Of a DNA stretch of 64,000 bases, positions 1 through 9,940 are shown piece by piece. The notes below the pieces were generated by a model that saw only the letters and a list, made by a program, of their open reading frames with translations, was not told the DNA's origin and did not search any database. Source of the stretch: an uncultured delta proteobacterium (GTDB lineage: Bacteria; Desulfobacterota; Binatia; UBA9968); contig CAVXEP010000013.1 in the NCBI GenBank assembly GCA_963760795.1, forward strand, positions 1 to 64,000. Direction: 5' to 3'. The position numbers were made by a program, and so were the translations under genes. How positions within the stretch are numbered: position 1 is the first letter of the stretch; each line of letters starts with the position of its first letter.

Positions 1-110
1 CGTCTCGATAACTCATCACGACTCCTTCAATTTAGTCAGACATAGGAGTTTGCCCCAACCTTTGCAAGCATCAAACGGACTTGCTACATCCATCACTCAG
101 GTAATTCACA

Positions 111-1061
111 ATGATGAGAATTCCCTACTTAATCTTTCTTGGCTCATTGCTCTTCTCTAGTGTATCCACCACAGCCCAGGAGAAGGTCATCGTCGGCCAC
201 TCGGCGCGCGCCGCGCTGTCCATCGGACCGTTACTCTACGGCATCGAGCGCGGCTTTTACCGCGACGAGGGCATCGATCTGGTCTACGTTTCGCTGCGCG
301 CCGATCTCGGCATCAAGGCGATGCTCTCCGGCGACATCGATTACAGCTATAGCACCGGCACGATCATTCGCGGTGCGATCCTCGGCGTGCCGGTGCGCAA
401 TCTGACTTTCGATTTCTCGCGGGTACTGCACGGGCTCATGTCGCGCCCCGACATTCCCAATGCCGCGGCACTTCGCGGCAAACGCGTCGGCGTCAGCTCC
501 TTTGGCGCCACCGGCGATCTCGCCGCCAGGGTCGGCCTGCGCTCACTTGGTCTCGATCCGGAAAAAGATGTGACGATCATCACTCTCGGTACCGACACCC
601 TGCGCCACGCCGCACTCTTAGCGGGCACTGTGCCGGCAACCCATATGCCGGTGCCACTCAACATCCAGCTCAAGAAAGAGGGCTAACATGAATTAGTCCA
701 CGCTGGGAAAATTCTCCAGCGCCCGCTCACCGGCCTGGCGAATAGTTTAGACAAAATTCACAAAAATCCCGGCCAAGTCCAGCGCATGGTGCGCGCCTTC
801 TTGCGCTCCACCCGCGCCCTGAAAGCGGAACGCGTCGGTTTTATCTCATTCGCCCAGAAAAAATATGGCTACTCCAAGGATGTCATGGAAGAAGCTTACA
901 AATATCTTGTCGACGCCTTGGCCCAAGACGGCTTCGTCGAAGATAGCTCCTTGCAGGCCGCCATCGACGAAGCCAAGACTCTAGCGAAGATCACGAAATC
1001 GATACCCCAGTCCGACATTGTCGACTACAGCTTTTTGCGTGCGGCGGTTAAGAAACCGTAA
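111..1061 (+). CDS. NitT/TauT (NMT1/SsuA-like) ABC substrate-binding protein, interrupted by an in-frame TAA at 684-686
   Basis: Signal peptide and LRGKRVGVSSFG motif. ORFs 111..686 and 786..1061 are in the same frame; read-through gives KEG*HELV (likely TAC/TAT to TAA). C-terminal VDYSFL is typical of the family. Confidence 0.8.
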
Positions 1062-1104
1062 CCGAAGAGCTATTTTTTGTCTGCGATTGTTTGAGAGACA
1101 GTTT

Positions 1105-2304
1105 TCACCTGTGTGGAACAATTTCGATAAAACTCGACAAAAAATACAGCGTGAAAGCGAAGCCAAGAACCGTCAGCAGTTTGAACCCTACCGGCACTGG
1201 GCCGCCGTGAAATCCATTGCGCGCGAGCAAAAAAACCACGACCGGAAGGAAATCCAACGAAAACCGATAGCCCAATTGGAGCTGACCGTTGGAACGCCAG
1301 GAAAGTACCGCCACAAGCACAACCATGCAATTCAGCAGAGCAATAAAAGAGCAGCGGTTCAGCTTCAGCGACCCGAGATAGCAAAGCCAAGGCGAGAGCA
1401 GGAAGACGCTCATGCCGATGGCTTGGGTGATGACGAACGGGAATTTGTCTGACAACGCCGGCGGTCCGAATAGAAATAGGCGCAAGTGCGGCAGCACGTT
1501 GGCAAGCGACGTTGACGGGAAATCCCCCGGTCCCGGCAGCTGTAATCCATATCCGGTTTCTAAAACTGAATCGAATCGAGCAAAGTTGTATAACCCCAGT
1601 AACGCGGTGGGCATGACAAAACCCAGCGTTAGCGACAGCAAAGCTTTTTTTCTAGCCTGGGGCTCGGTCATCAACGCCGCGGCGGCGAACAAACTTATAT
1701 TTAATCCAGCGGACAGACGGGTGGCCACCGTCAAACCCAAGAGAAGTCCGATGACCAGCCAACGCTGGCGGCCAAGCCACTCATGCAGGGCAAGGAAAAG
1801 CAGATGGATCGCCACCACCTGGGCAAACGGCCAACTCATCGAGATCGCGGCGACGCTGGGATACGATGACGCACCGCAGAACGCCAGCGCCAGCCAAGCC
1901 GATTCGAGTTTACTTCGGCCACACTTTGCCGCTAACCGAAAAATTAGCCAGCTGGTCCAAAGCGACAGCGGCAGCGACGCGTAGGCCTGGTAAAATTCGA
2001 CGCCAATCCAACGGCACACCAGCACAAAAGGCATCAGCAGCACCGCCGGGAACGGCCCCAGCGGCCAATAGTATCGACCGCGGTAGAGCGCGGTATCGTG
2101 TAAATGTTCGGGCAGCTCGACAAGCAGATGGAGATTTCCGCTGAGAAACGATTCGGCCAGCCGGACGTATTGTTGCTCATGACGAACCAGCAACAAGCTG
2201 CCGAACATCACCACTAAGCCCAGCAGCGCTACGCAACCGACCAAGAGCACGCGCTCCGCCGGCTGGAACCGATGGAGTTGTGACCCATGATCGTCTACGG
2301 ACAT
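1105..2304 (-). CDS. Polytopic membrane protein, probable GT-C superfamily glycosyltransferase
   Basis: Many TM segments; YYWPLGPFPAVL, YNFARF and GYRFSLDFLP motifs resemble GT-C/PMT-like proteins. Confidence 0.6.
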   Translation of the reverse strand: MSVDDHGSQLHRFQPAERVLLVGCVALLGLVVMFGSLLLVRHEQQYVRLAESFLSGNLHLLVELPEHLHDTALYRGRYYWPLGPFPAVLLMPFVLVCRWIGVEFYQAYASLPLSLWTSWLIFRLAAKCGRSKLESAWLALAFCGASSYPSVAAISMSWPFAQVVAIHLLFLALHEWLGRQRWLVIGLLLGLTVATRLSAGLNISLFAAAALMTEPQARKKALLSLTLGFVMPTALLGLYNFARFDSVLETGYGLQLPGPGDFPSTSLANVLPHLRLFLFGPPALSDKFPFVITQAIGMSVFLLSPWLCYLGSLKLNRCSFIALLNCMVVLVAVLSWRSNGQLQLGYRFSLDFLPVVVFLLARNGFHGGPVPVGFKLLTVLGFAFTLYFLSSFIEIVPHR

Positions 2305-2352
2305 TTTCCGAAGTCTCTACAAATTAGCGTGAGCAAGGTACCCAGCGGTTCG

Positions 2353-3303
2353 TTAACGGAGAGCTTCCGCGCCAAGGGAAAAGTCGAAAACCTTTTCCAC
2401 CGCCACCGGCTCTTTAATGCGCAGCGCTTCTCTGGCGGTGTCGAGAATCTCGCGCGCCGCATCGTTGTTTAAAATCCCGGTGAGTGAGATGATCTCGCGA
2501 TCCTCGTCATACATGCGCCGCGCCATTTTGGCATCGCTAACCGCCAGTTTCTTTTGAATGTAGGGAATCATAGTTTCGGGATTGTCCTGATAAAATTTTA
2601 GCGCGCGATTCCAGCCGCGTAGGAATCGAATGATGTTGCCGCGTTTCTGTTTGATCGCTGTATCGGTGGCTACCACGCCGGTTTGTAAATAGCGAATATG
2701 ATCGCGGCCGCGCGCCATGGTGCGAAAACCGCGGTCCACGGCTAAATAAGTTGTCGGCGGCGTCACCAATCCAGCGGCAACTCGGCCGCTCAAGAGCGAC
2801 TGCAAGCGCGCCGGCGAATCCATGCTTAGTAATGTCACGTCTTTCTGGGCGTCGAGGCCTTTGGCTTGCAAGATCCGCCGTGCGATCACCGCGGCGGTCC
2901 CTTCCAAAGAGCCGACGGCGATCGCTTTGCCCTTCAAGTCGCCCGACGTCACGATGGACGGGTGGACGACCAGGTCATGCACCGGCCGGTCGTGGGTGAC
3001 ATTGACAATCTTGATCGGCAAACCGCGCAGCGCCGCCGCCAGACCGCTGCCGGCATGGCAAGTGACATCGATCTCGCCGGACATCAAACTGCTCAAGCCA
3101 ATCACGCCGCGCACCACCAAAACTTGCAGGTCCAATCCCTCCTGGCTAAAGAAGCCGCGCTCTTGGCCGTAGTAAAGATGCGCGTAACTGAGCGTCGGAC
3201 CGGGAATGCTGATGTAGAAACGCTCCGCCGCCACTGCGCGTTGGCTTACGCTAAGTGCCAGCGCAATTAAAAGCCCAACAGTCCCATAGCGAACTTGCTG
3301 CAT
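2353..3303 (-). CDS. NitT/TauT family ABC substrate-binding protein
   Basis: Signal peptide, GFFSQEGLD, DLKGKAIAVGS, C-terminal VFDFSL. Confidence 0.88.
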   Translation of the reverse strand: MQQVRYGTVGLLIALALSVSQRAVAAERFYISIPGPTLSYAHLYYGQERGFFSQEGLDLQVLVVRGVIGLSSLMSGEIDVTCHAGSGLAAALRGLPIKIVNVTHDRPVHDLVVHPSIVTSGDLKGKAIAVGSLEGTAAVIARRILQAKGLDAQKDVTLLSMDSPARLQSLLSGRVAAGLVTPPTTYLAVDRGFRTMARGRDHIRYLQTGVVATDTAIKQKRGNIIRFLRGWNRALKFYQDNPETMIPYIQKKLAVSDAKMARRMYDEDREIISLTGILNNDAAREILDTAREALRIKEPVAVEKVFDFSLGAEALR

Positions 3304-3339
3304 ACAACCTCCGCGAACTTGGTTGGTTATGGAATCAAA

Positions 3340-5115
3340 TCATTTCGGTGCCAACGCGCCATAGGGTCCGGTGGCGTAGACAATCCGCCCGCCGACCATC
3401 GTCAGCAGCGATGCCAACGAACGAATCTGCTCCTCCGGCACGGTTAAGTAATCGGCGTTGAGTACCGCCAGGTCGGCGAACTTGCCGACTTCGATAGAGC
3501 CTTTGCGTCCTTCGTCCGAGGTCATCCAAGCGCTGCCCATGGTGTACATGCGTAAAGCTTCGGCGCGAGTGACATTTTGACTGGCATCGCGAATCGCCGA
3601 GCCCGCCACCGTCTTACCGGTGACCAACCACCACAACGATAGCATCGGCGAATAACTCGCCGAGCGAAACCCGTCGGTGCCGGCGCCGACTTGCATCCCG
3701 CTGTCGAGCATCGTCCGCAACGGCGGCGCACGCCGTGCTTTCGCTTCGCCCCATAGCTCGATATTGCGTTCGGCGGTGAGCGCCAGGCGGTCCTGGACGG
3801 CAATGCCGCCGCCGAGATTTTTAATTCGCGCCAGGGTTTCCGCGGTCGCATCCTCGAGATGGGCAAAAACCATGCGCTGGCGCGACAGCGGGGTCGCCGC
3901 ATGCACCTGCTCGATCACGTCTAACAATTGGCGCGCGGTCTGGTCTTGGGTCGTGTGCAGATGAAAGCTCTGGCCGGTCTCAGCAAGATAGCCCAAGATA
4001 CGGCGAAACTTGTCTTTGGCTTCGACGGAAATCTGCACCCCTTGCGGATTCGACAGCACGTCGCCGTCGCCGCTACCGTGCACCAGTGTTTCGGCGAATC
4101 CGGAAAAGCGAAACAGCTCATTGTGGCTGAGTCCCTTAATTTCCTCAGCGGCCAACTTCAATTGCTCCAACTCGTCGCCGGGCTCGGTGGGCGCGATGTA
4201 GTAGTTGACCCGCAAACTGAGATCGCCAGTGCGCGCCATGTCGGCGAGCAGACGCCGATGGGCAAAATTTACTCCGCCGGTGTGCAGGTCGCCCACCGAA
4301 GTCACTGCCAATCGATTCAATTCACGAAAACAGTTGCGCAGACTCTGCCGCGTTTCAGCGAGAGAAAGGCGGGGGACTTTGTTGTAGGCAAACTCCCACG
4401 CCGCCACGCCCTGCAACCAGCCGGTGAGAACTCCGGTATTGGGATTGCGTTCGAACTTGCCGCCAGCCGGATCGCCCGTCTTACTCGTAATGCCGAGCGC
4501 GGCCAACGCTGCGCTATTGAGCAGCGCGCCTTGCCGCAAGTATTGGATGTATATCGGATGATTCGGCGCCAGAGTATCGAGCTCGGCCCGCGTCGGGAAC
4601 CGCCTCTCGGCAAACTGCGTCGGCACCCAACCGCCGCCGACCACGATCCAACGACCCGGCGCTAGGCTCTTCGTCGCCGTGGCGATTTGCCGCAGGCCAT
4701 CGGCGAGGGTGAGATTGAACTCCCAGTGGAGCTCCGCGTCCCAGTTCAACCCCGCCACCGTCGCGTGAATATGCGAATCGATCAACCCTGGGATTACCGT
4801 GCGCCCGAGCAAATCAATGACGCGCGTGCCGGGGCCGATGTAGTCACGGATCTCGCCATCGCTGCCGACAGCGACGAAGCGGCCATCCCTGATCGCCACC
4901 GCTTGTTTGATCGAGAAGGCGCCATCGACGGTAATGATCTTGCCACCGCGCAAGACGATATCGGCGGCAGTCTTGACCGCCAACGAGCGCGCGTAGTTGG
5001 CCTCGTTCCCGGAGCAGCCGATGGCAACGAATAACAACGCGACGAGTTTCAGTTTCAAAGCTGATTTCACGATCGTTCCGAGTCGGATTGCGATTCTACT
5101 CTCCGACCCGCGCAT
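3340..5115 (-). CDS. Amidohydrolase 3 (YtcJ-like), possible lipoprotein
   Basis: PGLIDSHIH metal motif, AGTDG, GSIEVGKFADLAVL, TMVGGRIVY; lipobox-like AIGC. Confidence 0.88.
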   Translation of the reverse strand: MRGSESRIAIRLGTIVKSALKLKLVALLFVAIGCSGNEANYARSLAVKTAADIVLRGGKIITVDGAFSIKQAVAIRDGRFVAVGSDGEIRDYIGPGTRVIDLLGRTVIPGLIDSHIHATVAGLNWDAELHWEFNLTLADGLRQIATATKSLAPGRWIVVGGGWVPTQFAERRFPTRAELDTLAPNHPIYIQYLRQGALLNSAALAALGITSKTGDPAGGKFERNPNTGVLTGWLQGVAAWEFAYNKVPRLSLAETRQSLRNCFRELNRLAVTSVGDLHTGGVNFAHRRLLADMARTGDLSLRVNYYIAPTEPGDELEQLKLAAEEIKGLSHNELFRFSGFAETLVHGSGDGDVLSNPQGVQISVEAKDKFRRILGYLAETGQSFHLHTTQDQTARQLLDVIEQVHAATPLSRQRMVFAHLEDATAETLARIKNLGGGIAVQDRLALTAERNIELWGEAKARRAPPLRTMLDSGMQVGAGTDGFRSASYSPMLSLWWLVTGKTVAGSAIRDASQNVTRAEALRMYTMGSAWMTSDEGRKGSIEVGKFADLAVLNADYLTVPEEQIRSLASLLTMVGGRIVYATGPYGALAPK

Positions 5116-5253
5116 TTGCGAGCCACGAATGCGACAATTGCCGATCTCGCTGGACGAAACCGGTGCGGTATTGCAGTTGCGCTGCGCCGATGTTTGTCGC
5201 TATAGTCGAGAAAAATTTCGCCGCGAATTTTAAACGCTTCCGTGAGGTGAACG

Positions 5254-6498
5254 ATGCAACCAGTTCAGCTGTTCTGCTGGCATTTTATGGCCTATCCCTA
5301 TCTCGACAAGGACTTCGACAAGTCCGGACATAGCGGTTGGGTGACCACGCCCAACAAACTCTGGGACAACAACCAAGCTCGCGGCCTCTATCAGGAGTAT
5401 ATCGATCAGCTCGCGCTCGCCGACGAGTTGGGCTTCGACGGCATGGTGTTGAACGAACATCATCAAAACATCTACGGGTTGATGCCGTCGCCCAATATTA
5501 TCGCCTCGGCGCTCACCCAGCGCTCCTCGCGCGGCAAAATCGTCATCCTGGGAAATCTCTTGCCGCTGCATTTGAATCCCATGCGCGTCGCCGAGGAATA
5601 CGCCATGCTCGACCAGATGAGCAACGGCAGGTTAATCGCCGGTTTCGCCCCCGGTGGCGGCCCTGAGACGTTCAACTACGACATACCGTCGGCCAACACC
5701 AGGGAAAAATTCTGGGAAGCCGCGGACTTAATCGTGCGCTCCTGGACCGACGACGGACCGTTCGCCCACGAGGGGCGCTACTATCCGCTGCGCTATGTCA
5801 ATCTCTGGCCCAAGCCGCTGCAAAAACCCTATCCGCCGGTGTGGATTCCCGGCTCGCGCAGTCCGTCGACCATGATCGAAGTCGCCAAGCGCGGTTACTG
5901 CTACTTTCTCTCGTCGCGCAGCCATGGCGGCGAGACCCACCGCGCTCAGCAAGAGTTCGCCAAGGTCTTGGAAGATCATGGCGACAAGTACCATCCATTC
6001 AGATTCGGTATCTTAATGTCGGTCTACGTCGCCGACACCGACCAGCAGGCGCGCGAGGAATGCGAAGAGGGCGTCTGGTATTTTTTGAAGAACTGTTTGA
6101 AGGGCCACCTGCGCAAGGAAGGCCGCCAGCTCACCTACGGTCCCGGCGTGCCCTACATCCCCGCCGCCGCCTGGCGCGAGTATATGAAAGGCTACAAACC
6201 CGGCCGCAAGCTCCTGGGCGACGTGGAAAACTGGGAAGAGCTCGAAGCTTCGCAATCGATCATCGTCGGCAGTCCGGAGACCGTGACCAACCGTATCCGC
6301 GCATTGATTGAACGAGCCAAGGTCGGCAATCTGTTGATTCAGTTCCAGTTCGGCAACATGCCGGACCATCTGGCGCGCAAAAACATGACACTGTTCGCCG
6401 AGAAAGTCGCACCGATCCTGCGCCACGACTCAGCCAAACAGTTCACTAGAGAATTTCCCGGTATCAACATCGAGCAATCGGCACAGGCGGTGCAGTAA
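5254..6498 (+). CDS. LLM class (luciferase-like) flavin-dependent oxidoreductase
   Basis: ADELGFDGMVLNEHH, PMRVAEEYAMLDQMSNGRL, PKPLQKPYPPVW, IVGSPETV. Confidence 0.92.
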   Translation: MQPVQLFCWHFMAYPYLDKDFDKSGHSGWVTTPNKLWDNNQARGLYQEYIDQLALADELGFDGMVLNEHHQNIYGLMPSPNIIASALTQRSSRGKIVILGNLLPLHLNPMRVAEEYAMLDQMSNGRLIAGFAPGGGPETFNYDIPSANTREKFWEAADLIVRSWTDDGPFAHEGRYYPLRYVNLWPKPLQKPYPPVWIPGSRSPSTMIEVAKRGYCYFLSSRSHGGETHRAQQEFAKVLEDHGDKYHPFRFGILMSVYVADTDQQAREECEEGVWYFLKNCLKGHLRKEGRQLTYGPGVPYIPAAAWREYMKGYKPGRKLLGDVENWEELEASQSIIVGSPETVTNRIRALIERAKVGNLLIQFQFGNMPDHLARKNMTLFAEKVAPILRHDSAKQFTREFPGINIEQSAQAVQ

Positions 6499-7313
6499 TG
6501 AGCGGTCGCATCTTGGAAGTTAACGGCAGAAAAGTTTGGCTTTTAGAAAACGGCAGCGGCGCGCCGCTCTTGTACTTGCATGGCTTCGCCGACGTGCACG
6601 CGGTCAAAGAGAGTTGGCTGCCGTTCCACGAACAGCTGGCGCAAAGCGCCCGCGTCATCTCGCCGGCCCATCCCGGCTGCGCCCAGAGCGATGAGAACAA
6701 AGACATCGACGTTATCGAAGACGTGGTCTTTCACTATCTCGAAGTCCTCGACGCCTTGAAGCTCGACAAGTTCGACCTCGTCGGCCACTGCCTCGGCGGC
6801 TGGATCGCCGCCGAACTCGCCGCGCGCCATCCGGAAAAAATCAGAAAACTGGTTTTGATCGGCGCCTCCGGCATGTTCGTCGAAGGCGCGCTCATCAGCG
6901 ACATCTTCATGAATGCCCAACCCGAGTTCGGCGAAAGCTACGCCACTCTGCGCGAGATGCTTTTCGCCAGTTCGACGCAACCCAACGCCCTCGACATGTT
7001 CCCCGACGGCAAAGGCGAGATCGAAGACGAAGTGCGCCGCTATCAAATGTTACGTTTAAGCTCGCGCATCGGCTTCAAGCCGCCGTACTTTTACAATCGC
7101 CCGCTAAGAAACCGCTTGCACCGCGTCACCTCGCCGGCGCTAGTCATATGGGGCGAAAAAGACGGCTTCGTGCCGCGTTCCCACGGCGAGACCTACGCGA
7201 AGTTGATTCCGAATAGCGGTCAATTGAAAGTGATCGCAGGAGCTGGACACAGCGCGCATGTGGAGAAGCCGGAGGAGACAGCGAAGTTGGTGATGGATTT
7301 TCTCGCGACGTAG
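6498..7313 (+). CDS. Alpha/beta fold hydrolase with Cys at the nucleophile elbow
   Basis: LYLHG, GHCLGG, WGEKD, AGHSAHVE; TAATG overlap with the LLM gene. Confidence 0.88.
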   Translation: MSGRILEVNGRKVWLLENGSGAPLLYLHGFADVHAVKESWLPFHEQLAQSARVISPAHPGCAQSDENKDIDVIEDVVFHYLEVLDALKLDKFDLVGHCLGGWIAAELAARHPEKIRKLVLIGASGMFVEGALISDIFMNAQPEFGESYATLREMLFASSTQPNALDMFPDGKGEIEDEVRRYQMLRLSSRIGFKPPYFYNRPLRNRLHRVTSPALVIWGEKDGFVPRSHGETYAKLIPNSGQLKVIAGAGHSAHVEKPEETAKLVMDFLAT

Positions 7314-7461
7314 ACAGTCGGAAGTTCTCGCTTACGAGTATTTTGACCAGGTGAAATTTAATTCCCCACAATCCCGTCCCGGGGCGTAAACAAGTTAACT
7401 TTTGAAGCCGCAAGCAGTCAGGGATCGATTGCAGCACCAAACAGCGAAAGGGTCCATACCT

Positions 7462-8469
7462 ATGGCTTCAGCAATGCCGGCGAATAAATTAATCATCCGA
7501 ATATTTGTTGCGACCTTTGCGTTCTTTGCGGCCAATCCTCTTCACGCGGCCGCGGCGACGACGACGACGATCCGTGTCGGTTACCCGCAACTGAACGGCG
7601 GCCAGACGCCGCTGTGGAACATCGCCGACAGCAAACTCGATCAGAAGTACAACCTCGACATCAAGCCGGTTTACATCCCCGGCGGTGTACGCCTGACCCA
7701 ATCGATGCTGTCCGGCGCGGTCGATATTGCCATGACCGGCGGCGCGGCGGTCAACGCCATGCTGAGCGGCGCCGAGTTCGTCTACGTCGGCATGCCGGTG
7801 GCCACCTATGCGTTTTCTTTATACGCCCGCCCGGAGATCAAAGAGGTCACCGACCTGCGCGGCAAAGTGCTTGGCGTGATCACCAAAGGCGCGTCTTCCG
7901 ACCATGCCGCCACCGCCCTGCTGAGACAATACAAGATGACCCAGCAGGATATGAAGGTGCTCTACTTCTCGCGCCAGGAAGATGCCCTGGCGGCGTTGAA
8001 TCAGGGCATCGTGCAAGCGGCGGTGCATTCGGCGCCAACGACGTTGATGGCGCGCCGCTTGGGCTTCAAGGAATTGGTCAACATCGGCGCGCTGAAATTG
8101 CCCTATCCGTTTATGGGACTAGCGGTGCGCCGCTCGGCGATCCAGCAAAGTCCCGATGTCGTGCGGGGATTTTTGAAAGCCATGGTGGCCGGCTTAAGAT
8201 TGTCGATCGAGCAGCCCGACATTTCCAAGCGCGCCATCGGCAAATATCTGGCCTCAAAAGATCAAGAAATCATCGACGAGGCCTACCGCAGCTTCGCCCA
8301 GTTGTTCCCGCGGGTTCCTTACGTCACCGACGACGCCATCCGCGCCGCGCTGTCGGTGACCGATCATCCCAAAGCCGCTTCCGCCAATCCCAAGGATTTC
8401 TATGACAACCGCTTTCTCCAAGAACTGGAAAGTTCCGGTTTTATCAAGGAAGTCTACGCCGGAAAATAA
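7462..8469 (+). CDS. NitT/TauT family ABC substrate-binding protein
   Basis: Signal peptide, DLRGKVLGV, FYDNRFLQELESSGFIKEVY. Confidence 0.88.
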   Translation: MASAMPANKLIIRIFVATFAFFAANPLHAAAATTTTIRVGYPQLNGGQTPLWNIADSKLDQKYNLDIKPVYIPGGVRLTQSMLSGAVDIAMTGGAAVNAMLSGAEFVYVGMPVATYAFSLYARPEIKEVTDLRGKVLGVITKGASSDHAATALLRQYKMTQQDMKVLYFSRQEDALAALNQGIVQAAVHSAPTTLMARRLGFKELVNIGALKLPYPFMGLAVRRSAIQQSPDVVRGFLKAMVAGLRLSIEQPDISKRAIGKYLASKDQEIIDEAYRSFAQLFPRVPYVTDDAIRAALSVTDHPKAASANPKDFYDNRFLQELESSGFIKEVYAGK

Positions 8470-8579
8470 CGCTTGGATAGAATTGCCGGTGGGAGTTTAC
8501 CAGAATAGTTTAGCCACGCCATCGCCGCTTTGACGCGGGAGCGCATGCGAAGTCATCGAAGATGGCGAAAAGCCGCGGG

Positions 8580-9776
8580 CTATAAAGACTGACGCTGCCG
8601 ATTGTTCTGTTCAGTCACCGCTGGCGCGGTGCCAATACGCGCGAGGACTGCGCGCAAACTCGAACGCATGCGTTCCATCGACCGGGCCAAATCTCCCAAC
8701 TCGTCGACGCGTTTGGTGCCTACGCTAGCGGAAAAATCGCCCCGGCCGATGCGTTCCGACTGCTCTACCAACTCAAGCAGGGACCGATGCGAGTCGCGCA
8801 ACAAAACGATGAAGACCCAGGCCACACCGGCTACGACCAATAACCCCAGCAGTAATACCGGCCCCACGAACGGCCAAGTCGCCGCCGCGACCGAGTCGTG
8901 CCAGACCCCTATGTGCACGACAAAGCGATGGTTAACGCCGCTGCGCTGAGCGTGATCATAGACAATTTCGTTGCGGTAGCGCACCCGCTGTTCAGCGGTC
9001 ATCAATCGCGGCGCCAGCGACGGCCGGCGAGTTAAGTGATCAGGCATGTCTGTCGGCGCATGGGCGATCAACTCGCCTGCGTCGTCCTCAATATAAGCGT
9101 AGGCTATGGTGGGACGAGCAATGACTTTAGCCAATTCCTTGCGCAGCTCCCGGTACTGCGCGCCGTCGACATGCCAAACCGTCGTGGTATTGACCGCCAT
9201 CGCGACGATGCCGGCCCGCGCCTTTGTGCTGCGCTCCGCCGCGCCGTAGAGGTAGCTATAGGTTATCGAGCTCGCCGAGATGGCGACAAAAAGGCCGATC
9301 GCAATAAACGCAACGATCAGCTTACTGCGCAGACAGTTGTAACGAAAGGATTGCAGAGACCAAGAGAGTTCTGGCGGCGGTCCCGGCTCGTCCGCTAAGA
9401 TCGGCGCCTCGACGGCCGGGATCACCCAGACCGGCAACTCGGCGCTTAGCGTCGCCTGGAGCATCGCCCGTCTGGCGCCGGCGATAAACAGCCACACCAC
9501 TACACACGCCGCGCCCAGCACCACCATGGGCAGCGCTAAATGCTCGTGAAAAAATATGCCAACCTCGTCTGGCGGGGTAAAGATCACGCCGAGGATCGTC
9601 ATGACTTTGCCCAGTACCTCGATCACACTCCACCCCTTTTCGCGGAGCAGATGATGCTGCAGCAGCAACAAGCAAATTAGCGCAATGACAAGCGTCGGTC
9701 CAACAAGCCTACGTTTCATGTTCGATCTTTGTCCAAATAACTCGGCATTAACCTTGCCACCTAATTGGGAAACCAT
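8580..9776 (-). CDS. Membrane protein with C-terminal HAMP domain and no output domain
   Basis: Several TM helices, an extracytoplasmic domain, and RIGRGDFSASVGTKRVDELGDLARSMERMRSSL (HAMP) at the C-terminus. Start is 9776 or 9719. Confidence 0.72.
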   Translation of the reverse strand: MVSQLGGKVNAELFGQRSNMKRRLVGPTLVIALICLLLLQHHLLREKGWSVIEVLGKVMTILGVIFTPPDEVGIFFHEHLALPMVVLGAACVVVWLFIAGARRAMLQATLSAELPVWVIPAVEAPILADEPGPPPELSWSLQSFRYNCLRSKLIVAFIAIGLFVAISASSITYSYLYGAAERSTKARAGIVAMAVNTTTVWHVDGAQYRELRKELAKVIARPTIAYAYIEDDAGELIAHAPTDMPDHLTRRPSLAPRLMTAEQRVRYRNEIVYDHAQRSGVNHRFVVHIGVWHDSVAAATWPFVGPVLLLGLLVVAGVAWVFIVLLRDSHRSLLELVEQSERIGRGDFSASVGTKRVDELGDLARSMERMRSSLRAVLARIGTAPAVTEQNNRQRQSL

Positions 9777-9839
9777 CAGCAGCCTTTACCCGGCATACTG
9801 ATCATGTTCACCGAGTATAATATAGCCCTAACCAGCAAA

Positions 9840-9855
9840 CGCAAAACAAGTGCCA
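9840..9855 (-). promoter_or_regulatory. Sigma54 (-24/-12) promoter for the HAMP gene
   Basis: Minus strand TGGCACTTGTTTTGCG, exact GG-N10-GC spacing, ~65 nt upstream of the ORF. Confidence 0.7.
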
Positions 9856-9940
9856 ACGCAAGCGGCGCATAGGCAGCTGCCGCGAACGCGCGTTGGACGG
9901 ATGAGATTGGACAGTAACCGGAACGAGAATCTGGCGATTA

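Noticed and set aside
1-25. Start of a minus-strand gene (GGAG RBS, MSYRD...)
   Set aside because: Only five codons are in the window, too little to assign.
684-686. Stop-codon recoding in the first SBP
   Set aside because: The codon is TAA at a position where Tyr/Phe is expected, and TAA is a normal stop elsewhere, so it is an error or a nonsense mutation.
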